A stretch of DNA of 64,000 nucleotides from an uncultured Acidobacteriaceae bacterium (GTDB taxonomy: Bacteria; Acidobacteriota; Terriglobia; Bryobacterales; Bryobacteraceae), in the NCBI GenBank assembly GCA_963814195.1, contig CAWFBU010000008.1, forward strand, positions 19,659-83,658, in the 5' to 3' direction. Each line of letters begins with the position of its first letter. The stretch's first letter is position 1. Shown piece after piece: positions 55,775 through 64,000 of this stretch. Under the pieces are notes generated by a model that was not told the DNA's origin, did not search any database, and saw only the letters and a list, made by a program, of their open reading frames with translations. A program made the translations under genes and the position numbers.

Positions 55775-56453
55775 TTAGCCGCCAAAATCGCGTTCGGCTA
55801 AATTCTGAAACTCGATGGCGAAATCTTCCATGCGCGTGCCGATTTCCTTGATGCGCGTTCCGAAAACGTTGTAGAAGATAGCGGCGGGAATGGCGGCCGC
55901 CAGTCCGATGGCCGTCGTGATCAGCGCTTCCGAAATACCAGGAGCCACCGCACGAAGACTAGCACTGCCAGCGTTGCCAAGGCCTTGAAAAGCATCGATA
56001 ATGCCCCACACCGTTCCAAAGAGTCCGATAAAAGGCGAGACGGACGCCACCGTGGCCAGCCAATTCATATTCTGTTCCAGCTTGGTCACTTCTTCACTGA
56101 TGCCCAGCTGCAGGCTGCGTTCGATGGAAGCCTTGTTCACGACCGTGCCACGCTGCTTGACCTGGCGCTCCATCTCGCCGTACCCGAAATCAAATACGGC
56201 CACCAGCGGCGCAGACGCAAACTGCTCACTAGCCATGGCGACCGCCTGCAAGACTGTTAGCTTTTCGGAAAGCGCGCAGAAAACTGCGGTTATCCCGGCG
56301 CGCTTTACTGAAAACGCTGCTTTTGGAGAAGACGATTGTCCAGGAAAAAAGCGAAAAGAGAACCAGAATTACGATGATGGCCAGAGGAACCGGGCGAAGG
56401 TTCTGGAACAAGTCCCACAGACTGAGGTCAGCGGGAAAAAACGAAAGCTGCAA
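55775..56453 (-). pseudogene. tolQ: TolQ/ExbB proton-channel protein, 1 frameshift near 56230-56250
   Basis: The N-terminal ORF 56229..56453 reads 'LAIIVILVLFSLFSWTIVF'. The C-terminal ORF 55775..56251 reads 'LATVASVSPFIGLFGTVWGIIDAF...APGISEALITTAIGLAAAIPA'. Confidence 0.8.
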
Positions 56454-56527
56454 TATAGACGGATCCTCTCTTTGGCTTCGCTTTCATTATAGGAAGACCG
56501 GGCGATGGAGCTTTATAATTCGGTCAC

Positions 56528-58264
56528 ATGCTCCTGGAGCTGATAGTCGAAAATTATGCGGTTGTGGAGCAGGCCCGCATCCGATTCGGTCCGGGCTTAA
56601 CGGTTCTAACGGGAGAGACGGGCAGTGGCAAATCGATTGTTGTTGACTCGTTGAATTTACTTCTGGGGGCCCGCGCATCGGCGGAGATGATCCGAAGCGG
56701 AGAAACGAGGGCGCGGGTATCGGGCATCTTCTCGATCGCTAACACCCCGGAACTGCAGTCGCTTCTTGAAGAGGCGGGGATCAGCCGGGAAGACGAGGAA
56801 GAACTGATTGTGGAGCGGGAGGTGGCGGCGAACGGGAAATCGCGCGCCTTCGTCGTGAATCGGCCGGTTACAACGGCATTTCTCCGGCAACTAGCCCCTG
56901 CCCTTGGTGATATCCACGGACAGAACGAGCAGCAATCCCTGTTCGCCTCGCGATCGCAGCGCATTGTACTGGACGATTATGCTCATGCGGAGCGGTTACG
57001 GGCAGAGGTGACGCGCGTCTATTTAGACTGGCGGGCAGCCGGCGAAAAACTGCAGGATCTGAGCAGGAACGAACAGGAAAAGATTCGCCTGTTGGATCTC
57101 TGGACCTTCCAGAGCAAAGAGATTGCGGCCGTGAATCCGAAGCCCGGTGAAGACGCGGCTTTGGAAGCAGAGCGAAAGATTTTGCAGAATGTTACACGGC
57201 TGCAGGAAAGTTCGAACGCCGCCTACTCCCTGCTCTATGATGCGCCGGAGAGCGCGAGCACGCAGTTGCGTCAAGCGGCAAAACGATTGGATGAACTGCT
57301 GCGCATCGACGAAAGTCTGGCTAGCGTTGCGGACCAGATGAAGCAAGCGTCCGTACTGCTGGAAGAAGCGACGTACGGTTTGCGCGACTATGTCGGGAAA
57401 CTGGAAGGCGATCCGGACCGCCTGGAGGATGTGGAGAGCAGGCTGGAAGCTCTCGACAAGTTGAAGCGGAAGTATGGCGGAACGCTGGAAGAGGTCGTGG
57501 CCTTCGGGATGGAGGCGGCGCGCAAAGCGGATGAAGTGGAGAATGTGGCGCAACATCGTGCCTCAATCGAGAAGCAGCAAGCTGCGCTGGCGGCAGAATA
57601 TGAGCGCCTTGCCGGCGATCTTCATTCGGTAAGAGTCGCTGCAGCAGAAAAGCTGAGCAAGCAAGTTGAAACCGAATTGAAATCACTGGCCATGGGTGGG
57701 ACAGCTTTTCGGGTGTCAGTCGAGCGAGGCGAGTGGGGACCGAACGGCTTCGATGAAGTGGGATTCCTTGTTTCGCCGAATCGAGGAGAAGAGCTGAAGC
57801 CGCTGGAGAAGATTGCTTCGGGCGGCGAACTTTCGCGGATTTCACTGGCCCTGAAGACAGCGACCGGAGACACGGACCAGAATACGGGCGTGATGACGAT
57901 GGTGTTCGACGAAGTGGATGCGGGAGTGGGCGGGGCGGCCGCAGCTGCGGTAGGGCGACGCTTGAAGGCGCTGTCGCGAAAAAACCAAGTGATCTGCGTG
58001 ACACACACAGCGCAGATAGCCGGCTTTGCCGATCATCACCTCGCAGTGGCAAAGCGAGAGCGCAAAGGCCGGGTAACGACGGAGATTTCAGAGCTGCCAC
58101 GCGAGGAGCGAGCACGCGAAATAGGCCGTATGCTTTCCGGCGAGGAAATTACGCCCGAAGCACTGCGCCAAGCCGAACAGCTGATGCAAGCCGGGTCTAC
58201 TGAGCTAATTCTCGCTGATCGAAATCAAAAAGTCCGCAAATTCGGGCAGAACGCGCGACCATAG
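56528..58264 (+). CDS. recN: DNA repair protein RecN
   Basis: 578 aa with an uninterrupted frame. It has the Walker A motif 'LTGETGSGKS', long coiled coils, and the C-terminal segments 'GGELSRISLAL' and 'VFDEVDAGVGG'. Confidence 0.9.
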   Translation: MLLELIVENYAVVEQARIRFGPGLTVLTGETGSGKSIVVDSLNLLLGARASAEMIRSGETRARVSGIFSIANTPELQSLLEEAGISREDEEELIVEREVAANGKSRAFVVNRPVTTAFLRQLAPALGDIHGQNEQQSLFASRSQRIVLDDYAHAERLRAEVTRVYLDWRAAGEKLQDLSRNEQEKIRLLDLWTFQSKEIAAVNPKPGEDAALEAERKILQNVTRLQESSNAAYSLLYDAPESASTQLRQAAKRLDELLRIDESLASVADQMKQASVLLEEATYGLRDYVGKLEGDPDRLEDVESRLEALDKLKRKYGGTLEEVVAFGMEAARKADEVENVAQHRASIEKQQAALAAEYERLAGDLHSVRVAAAEKLSKQVETELKSLAMGGTAFRVSVERGEWGPNGFDEVGFLVSPNRGEELKPLEKIASGGELSRISLALKTATGDTDQNTGVMTMVFDEVDAGVGGAAAAAVGRRLKALSRKNQVICVTHTAQIAGFADHHLAVAKRERKGRVTTEISELPREERAREIGRMLSGEEITPEALRQAEQLMQAGSTELILADRNQKVRKFGQNARP

Positions 58265-58286
58265 TGGGGACCGCAAGGAGAACGAG

Positions 58287-60654
58287 ATGGCGGACCGGAT
58301 CAGCAGCGAAGAAGCGAAGCTACTGCAGGAATATTGGTTTGCCGCGAACTACCTGACCGTCGGGCAGATCTACCTGAAAGACAACGCGCTGTATGGAACG
58401 CCCGCTGCGCCAAGAGGACATCAAGCCTCGGCTTGCTGGGCCATTGGGGGACAACAGCCGGCCTGAACTTTATCTACACCCACCTGAACCGACTGATCAG
58501 CAGCATGACCTGAACATGATGTACATCATCGGGCCGGGCCACGGTGGTCCCGGCATCATCGCGCACACATATCTGGAAGGCTCGTACACGGAGCGGTATC
58601 CGGCGATGGAGCGCAACAAGGACGGAATCAAGCGCTTGTTCCGGCAGTTCTCGTGGCCATACGGAGTTCCGAGCCACGTCGCTCCGGAAGTTCCCGGCTC
58701 GATTCACGAAGGCGGCGAACTGGGCTATTCGCTGCTGCACGCCTATGGCGCAGCGTTCGACAATCCGGACCTGATTGTGGCTTGCGTTGTCGGCGATGGC
58801 GAAGCGGAAACCGGTGCGCTGGCCACCAGCTGGCATTCGAACAAGTTTCTCAATCCGGCAACGGACGGCGCCGTGCTGCCCATTCTGCATTTGAACGGAT
58901 ACAAGATCTGCCAATCCGACGGTGCTGGCGCGCATCCCGGAAGAAGAGCTGACTGTGCTTTGTTCAAGGGATACGGATATGCTCCGCGAATTCTTGCGGG
59001 CGACGATCCGCTCGAGATGCAGATCAGGATGGCGACCGTGCTGGACGAGATGCTGGCAGAGATCCAGGCCATCCAGAGCGCGCAAGAGAGAGGGCGAAAA
59101 CGAACCGCCCCGCATGGCCGCTGCTGATCTTGCGAACGCCGAAGGGTTGGACTGGGCCAAAGGAGGTGGACGGAAAGCCGGTGGAAGGAACTTGGCGCGC
59201 TCACCAGGTTCCGCTGACGGCGGTTGACGAAAAACCCGGACATCTGGAAGTGCTGGAAGTCTGGATGCGAGGCTACGAACCCGAGAACTTGTTCGACAAA
59301 GAATGGACACTTCCGTCCGGATCTGGCGGCGCTGGCTCCCACAGGGCGACCGCCGCATGGGAATGAACCCGCACGCGAATGGCGGAACGCTTCTGGTGCC
59401 GCTCGTGATGCCGGAATTCTGGAAGCATGCAGTGAAGATCGAAGCGCCGGGACGGACGCAAGCGGAAGCGACGCAAGATTCTGGGCGAGTTTCTGCGCGA
59501 CATCGATCGAAGCTCAACCTAGGATGCGCGCAACTTCCGGGTGTTCGGTCCTGACGAGACGGCCTCGAATCGCCTGGATGCGATTTACGAGGTCACGGGA
59601 AAAGAGTGGATGGCCGAAATGAGGCCCGTAGACGAGAACCTGACGCAGGATGGCCGCGTGATGGAAGTGCTGAGCGAACACATGTGCGAGGGCTGGCTGG
59701 AGGGCTACCTGCTTACCGGGCGGCATGGTTTCTTCTCCTGCTATGAGGCCTTCATTCACATCATCGATTCCATGTTCAACCAGCACGCGAAATGGTTGAA
59801 GACGACGCAGAAGCATTCCTTGGCGCAAGCCCATCGCATCACTGAATTACCTGCTTTCGTCGCACGTGTGGCGACAGGATCACAACGGCTTTTCCCACCA
59901 GGACCCCGGCTTCATTGACCACGTGGCAAACAAGAAGGCCGACGTCGTTCGCATCTATCTGCCTCCGGATGCCAACACGCTATTGTCGGTGGCGGACCAT
60001 TGCCTGCGAAGCGAAAATTACGTGAACCTGATTATTGCGGGCAAGCAGCCCGCGCCGGTCTGGCTTGATATGGAAGCCGCCGTGCGCCACTGCACACGGG
60101 GGCGGGGATTTTTGAATGGGCCAGCAACGAGGATGGAGATCCGGACGTGGTGATGGCGTGCGCGGGCGACGTGCCGACGCTGGAGACGCTGGCGGCCGTA
60201 ACAGAAATGCGTAAGCTAGTTCCGGATATCAGGATCCGCGTCGTAAACGTTGTAGACCTGATGAGCCTGCAGCCCCCAGCCAACACCCGCATGGCATTGC
60301 CGGACGAAGAATTCGACGCAATGTTCACCGAGGATCAGCCGGTGATTTTCGCCTTTCATGGCTACCCCTGGCTGATCCATCGCTTCTATATCGTCGTCAC
60401 AACCACGACAATATTCACGTTCGTGGCTATAAAGAGGAAGGCACCACAACCACGCCTTTCGACATGACCGTGCTGAACCAGATGGATCGGTTTCAGTTGG
60501 CGTTCGATGCCATTCAGCGGATTCCCCGATTGCAGGGCGAAGTGCCGCCGCGTCAGCGATTGGCTTAGCGCTAAGCCTACAGCGCACAAAGAATACGTGA
60601 TGGAACATGGAGAGGACATGCCGGAAGTCGCCGGATTGGAAGTGGCAGAGCTGA
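58287..60654 (+). pseudogene. xfp: xylulose-5-P/fructose-6-P phosphoketolase, at least 10 frameshifts
   Basis: An AAGGAG box precedes the ATG at 58287. The segments are spread over all three frames: '[19 protein letters not shown]', 'GPGHGGPG', 'EGGELGYSL', 'GDGEAETG', 'HLNGYKI', '[11 protein letters not shown]', '[22 protein letters not shown]', '[15 protein letters not shown]', '[14 protein letters not shown]', '[10 protein letters not shown]' and '[14 protein letters not shown]'. The inferred tail is 'DWKWQS*'. Confidence 0.8.
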
Positions 60655-61790
60655 TGCAGCTCCGTATCCTGGCCCTCAACTGTGGATCTTCTTCTCTAAA
60701 GTTTGGCGTTTACGCGGCCGAGGGAGACAAAGCCAACTCTGTGGCCGAGGGTGAAGGTTGAAGAGCTGGATCATCGGAGTCAACTTCTGGTTCCGACGGC
60801 TGCAGGCGAGGAAAAAAAGACGATACGACCGATCGTGGCCGATCACCAATCTGCGACCAAGTGGGCGCTAAGAACGATTGAGAGCAGCGGTGTGCCAGTT
60901 CCGGATGCGGTGGGTCATCGCATTGTTCACGGTGGCCCTAAGGTACGAAGCATGCAGTTCTGAGCCCTGCACCTGAAGAAGACTTAAAGCCGCTGTTGAT
61001 TTGCCCCCTTCATGTGCCTCCAGCATTGAAACCATCGAGAGCGATGACTGCTGAACTACCGAATAGGGTCCCGCAGGTGGCATGCCTGGATACGGCCTTT
61101 CACACAACAATGCCGGACGTGAGCAGATAGTTTCGCACTACCCGACAAGGTCAGAGAGTCTGGGGATTGAGCGTTACGGTTTTCATGGACTATCGCTTGA
61201 ATCGATTCTGATTCGTTTGAATCCTGTTCCTCCGTCGACTGGTGATAGCGCATCTCGGCGGCGGCTGCAGCGTAACTGCGATCCGCATGGCCAGTCGGTC
61301 GATACCACATGGGCTTGACTCCGACGGGTGGAATCATGATGGGCACGCGTTGCGGTGACCTGGACCCCGGCGTCGTTCTCTACCTGCTGCGCAATGGCTT
61401 TGACGTCGCCGAGGAACTGGAGAAGCTTTTCGATCAGCGAATCCGGGCTGCTGGGAGTATCGGGCGTCAGTAGCGACTTGCGGAAGCTTGAGGAGTGCAC
61501 GCGACTACAAACCAGCAAGCCGGATCTGGCGCGACGGATGTTCGCTATCAGCTGGCAAAGCGATCGGTGCCATGGCGGCGACTTTGGCGGCCTGGACAAG
61601 CTGGTGTTTACCGGCGGCATCGGCGAGCACAATGCGACTGCTAAGGAAAGAAGTTTACGACAAGGCTGTCGTTCCTCGGCGCTTTCGAGAGCGAAAATCA
61701 TTGCCTTCGTAGGAAGACCTGCAGATCGCGAGAATCACAGCTGGTTTCACCTGCGGCTGAGTTGGAAGTGGCAAGCGCCTTTAGACGCGC
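60654..61790 (+). pseudogene. ackA: acetate kinase, many frameshifts; the 3' end is approximate
   Basis: The ATG overlaps the xfp stop (cTGATGc). The segments lie in different frames: 'MQLRILALNCGSSSLKFGVY', 'HRIVHGG', 'VACLDTAFHTTMPD', 'ERYGFHGLS', 'VIAHLGGGCSVTAIR', 'GTRCGDLDPGVVLYL' and 'LVFTGGIGEH'. Confidence 0.7.
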
Positions 61791-63458
61791 GGACAGGAAG
61801 TTGTGGGCTTCGGGAACGCTTAGTAGCGTGGACGCCACGAAGTATGCGATGCCGAATAGCGGAAGGACCAATACCGCTGCAGCTACCGGATGTTTGGCGC
61901 TGCTGATGATGTCCTTGCACGGGTAGGCGAGGGCTGCGGCACCGAACGCGGACAGCCATAGGCGCACAACAAACATACGGGGAAGCGAGACATTCCCTAT
62001 GCGTGCTTGCAAAGCGCTTCGTAAAAGAGAGAACTCAACCCAACCGGCCAGTCCCGCCGAGACGGTGAGACCAGCCACGCCCCAACGTAATTCGATCCCG
62101 AGCCAGCGGGGCATAAATAGGGCAAATAATATTCCGAGGAGGATAGTGAGCGTGATGCGAACGACCGCGAATCGGAGAGGTGTCTTTGTATCGAGTAAAG
62201 CGTAAAAGGCCGACGAGTAGAGGCGGGCCAAGGACGAGGCGAGCAAACCAACCGCCGAACCGGCGAGAACTGCCCAAGTATAAACAGAGTTTCCGTAGGT
62301 GAACTCGCCACCTTGATAGAGGGCGGCGGCCACGATGTCACCAAGGGCGAGAAAGACGACAGCACAGGGAACAATCAGAAAGGCGACACGGCGCAGGGCC
62401 GGGCGGAGGCGTTTGCGAAGTACTGTGGCCACTTCTTCGTCAGTTCCGACAGCGCTGGACAAGGCGGGCAGTTCGGCCGCAGAGATCGACATGCTGAAGA
62501 GACTGACAGGCAGAACAGCGATGGTTTGTCCATTGCTGAGCGCTGAGATAGCGCCCGTAGGCAAGCTGCTCGCGATGATGGAGTCGACGTAGGAACTGAT
62601 TTGGACGACGCCACGACTGAGGAATATGGATCCGAAGTTCCTGATGACCGTCTGTACGTGTTGAGAGTAAATTTCGAGACTAGGCCGGAAGTTGGGCAGA
62701 AGCTGAAGCACGCGAGGCAACTGGACCAGGAACATCAGAATACTGCCCAGCACAGAGGCCCAGGCAAGATCGATAGCCAGACGTTCCTGCGTTTCGCCCT
62801 TGCCGAACGAGAGCATTGCGGCAATCATGGTAGCGTTCATTGCCACGGGAGCCATATAGGACAGCAGGAACTGACGATGACTGTTCAGAACGCCAAGGCA
62901 CCAGGCGCTCATCACAAGCATGCCTGTACTCGGAAAGAGTATGCGTACCAGACGAATGGTGAGCAGCCGTTTTTCACCGTGAAATCCCGGTGCGATGAGA
63001 TCGATTAATAGAGGTGTAGCAAGTACTCCGATGAGCACGAGCGTGAACGATATGACAGCCAGAAGCCCGAATACAACTTGTGCAAGTTCTTCTGCTTCTT
63101 TCGATTCTGCGGAAGCCCGAAGTTTGGAGTAAACGGTAATGAACGAGGCCGAGAGCACGCCCTCCCCGAAGAGATTATTCAGAAGATTTGGGATTCGGAC
63201 GGCCTGCCGAAACGCATCGGCGACTAAGGACTGGCCAAAGTAATGTGCGATCACCCGCTCTCGTACCAGACCGGTAATCCGGCTGGCCAGAATACCCAAC
63301 GCCACCAGCGATGACGCCCCGAGTGCGGACCGGCGCGGAGAAGCACCTGGATTTGCGGAAGGTGTTTCGGAAGGGGCAGGTGACGGAGCCTTCGGGGTAG
63401 CAGGCAGCCGCGAAGCGCGAGGCCATCGGCCATGTTTAATGCGGATGCGGACTTGCAA
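61698..63458 (-). CDS. murJ: lipid II flippase MurJ (MviN)
   Basis: The N-terminal MurJ signature is 'ILASRITGLVRERVIAHYFG...ADAFRQAVRIPNLLNNLFGEGVLSASFITVY', followed by about 14 TM helices. The true start may lie downstream of 63458. Confidence 0.85.
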   Translation of the reverse strand: MQVRIRIKHGRWPRASRLPATPKAPSPAPSETPSANPGASPRRSALGASSLVALGILASRITGLVRERVIAHYFGQSLVADAFRQAVRIPNLLNNLFGEGVLSASFITVYSKLRASAESKEAEELAQVVFGLLAVISFTLVLIGVLATPLLIDLIAPGFHGEKRLLTIRLVRILFPSTGMLVMSAWCLGVLNSHRQFLLSYMAPVAMNATMIAAMLSFGKGETQERLAIDLAWASVLGSILMFLVQLPRVLQLLPNFRPSLEIYSQHVQTVIRNFGSIFLSRGVVQISSYVDSIIASSLPTGAISALSNGQTIAVLPVSLFSMSISAAELPALSSAVGTDEEVATVLRKRLRPALRRVAFLIVPCAVVFLALGDIVAAALYQGGEFTYGNSVYTWAVLAGSAVGLLASSLARLYSSAFYALLDTKTPLRFAVVRITLTILLGILFALFMPRWLGIELRWGVAGLTVSAGLAGWVEFSLLRSALQARIGNVSLPRMFVVRLWLSAFGAAALAYPCKDIISSAKHPVAAAVLVLPLFGIAYFVASTLLSVPEAHNFLSARLKALATSNSAAGETSCDSRDLQVFLRRQ

Positions 63459-63724
63459 ATCGTCGATCTACTGCGAACGTTTCGCCCAATGGGCCGGTGT
63501 CAGTCGCGCCAAAAGTCAGCGGGTTCCTTTCAGGATTGAAGGCGCATCATCTTGTGCAATACGGCTTCTGACAAAGCTTAACAATTGTGGAGAATTGTGC
63601 GGTAGTTCCTGCATCTATCTAAGAAAGGCGCGAAACGGATCTTTTGCGAGGCGACCCGCCAAGGTTCCTCTGTGTGATTTTGTTCCGATAGTAGCGGCCT
63701 TGGCTACAAAATACTCGAAATGTA

Positions 63725-64000
63725 ATGGCGTCTCTATCAAAGTTTGGCCTAAGCAAGTGGTTGGTATCAGGATTCATTTCGGTCGTGCTCGCGGCAGGAC
63801 AGGAGCCCGTCACTCAAGGGGATAAAACGGAAGACCAGAAGAAAGAGGCTAAGCCGAACCCTGCTCGTATGGATGCCTTACGGGAGTTGAGTGCCTCCTT
63901 TGAAGAGATCTCAGCTCGTACCGGGCGAGCGGTGGTGCAGATCTTCGTGCGCAGCTACGTGGCTGCGGAAGGCGCGAGTACAAGCGGAGATGTCTTGACG
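63725..64000 (+). CDS. partial (N-terminal) HtrA/DegP-like serine protease, running off the window
   Basis: The ATG at 63725 gives 'MASLSKFGLSKWLVSGFISVVLAAGQ', a signal or anchor. '...LSASFEEISARTGRAVVQIFVRSY' is typical of HtrA N-termini. The catalytic domain is not in the window. Confidence 0.4.
   Translation, partial: MASLSKFGLSKWLVSGFISVVLAAGQEPVTQGDKTEDQKKEAKPNPARMDALRELSASFEEISARTGRAVVQIFVRSYVAAEGASTSGDVLT

Noticed and set aside
57321-58115. 264-aa minus-strand ORF inside recN
   Set aside because: It lies antisense to an intact, motif-rich RecN and is a Pro/Arg/Ser-rich shadow frame.
58474-59517. 347-aa minus-strand ORF (also 58743..59342)
   Set aside because: It lies antisense to phosphoketolase segments that carry unmistakable motifs, and its composition is typical of antisense frames.

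Overview
The window looks like a chromosomal segment of an Acidobacteriota-type (Terriglobia-like) diderm. This is inferred from gene content: two about 1100-aa TonB-dependent receptors with N-terminal carboxypeptidase-regulatory-like domains, PEP-CTERM proteins, many secreted glycoside hydrolases and Tat-signal enzymes. About 60 genes are recognisable. They include lpxC, a pgsA-like gene, ribA, one tRNA(CAU), uppS, a fused aroD-aroE, a cytochrome c/PQQ-dehydrogenase pair, two receptor + glycosidase pairs (GH127, GH32), a complete tolQ-tolR-tolA-tolB-pal-cpoB cluster, recN, xfp-ackA and murJ. No CRISPR array, rRNA, transposase or integrase was seen. Main observations: (1) A stand-alone SIR2_2-type domain is fused to a GAF-like sensor domain and followed by a 63-aa ORF (47.5-49.3 kb). 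This is the best candidate for an undescribed NAD-targeting defence or signalling module. (2) A visibly A+T-richer island (about 6.2-9.0 kb) carries a polymorphic-toxin-like FG-GAP repeat gene. It is one reading frame interrupted by in-frame TAA and TAG, and a small membrane protein follows it. (3) Reading-frame damage is strikingly block-wise. Five blocks are shredded by many 1-nt indels: an M28 peptidase, DUF218 + ABC exporter + sugar-phosphate isomerase, a receiver domain, the Tol-Pal cluster, and xfp-ackA. Long neighbouring genes, including recN lying between the two worst blocks, are intact. (4) There are several small structural oddities. These are a 904-bp tandem PEP-CTERM duplication, a 17-bp tandem duplication at a start codon, a 3' gene remnant, a circularly permuted GDPD ORF, tandem PilZ paralogs with a shared C-terminal KRVW tail, and a Tat-signal GatC-like peptide upstream of a leaderless amidase. 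All calls come from reading the ORF translations and the sequence by eye. No searches or statistics were run, and frameshift positions are approximate.
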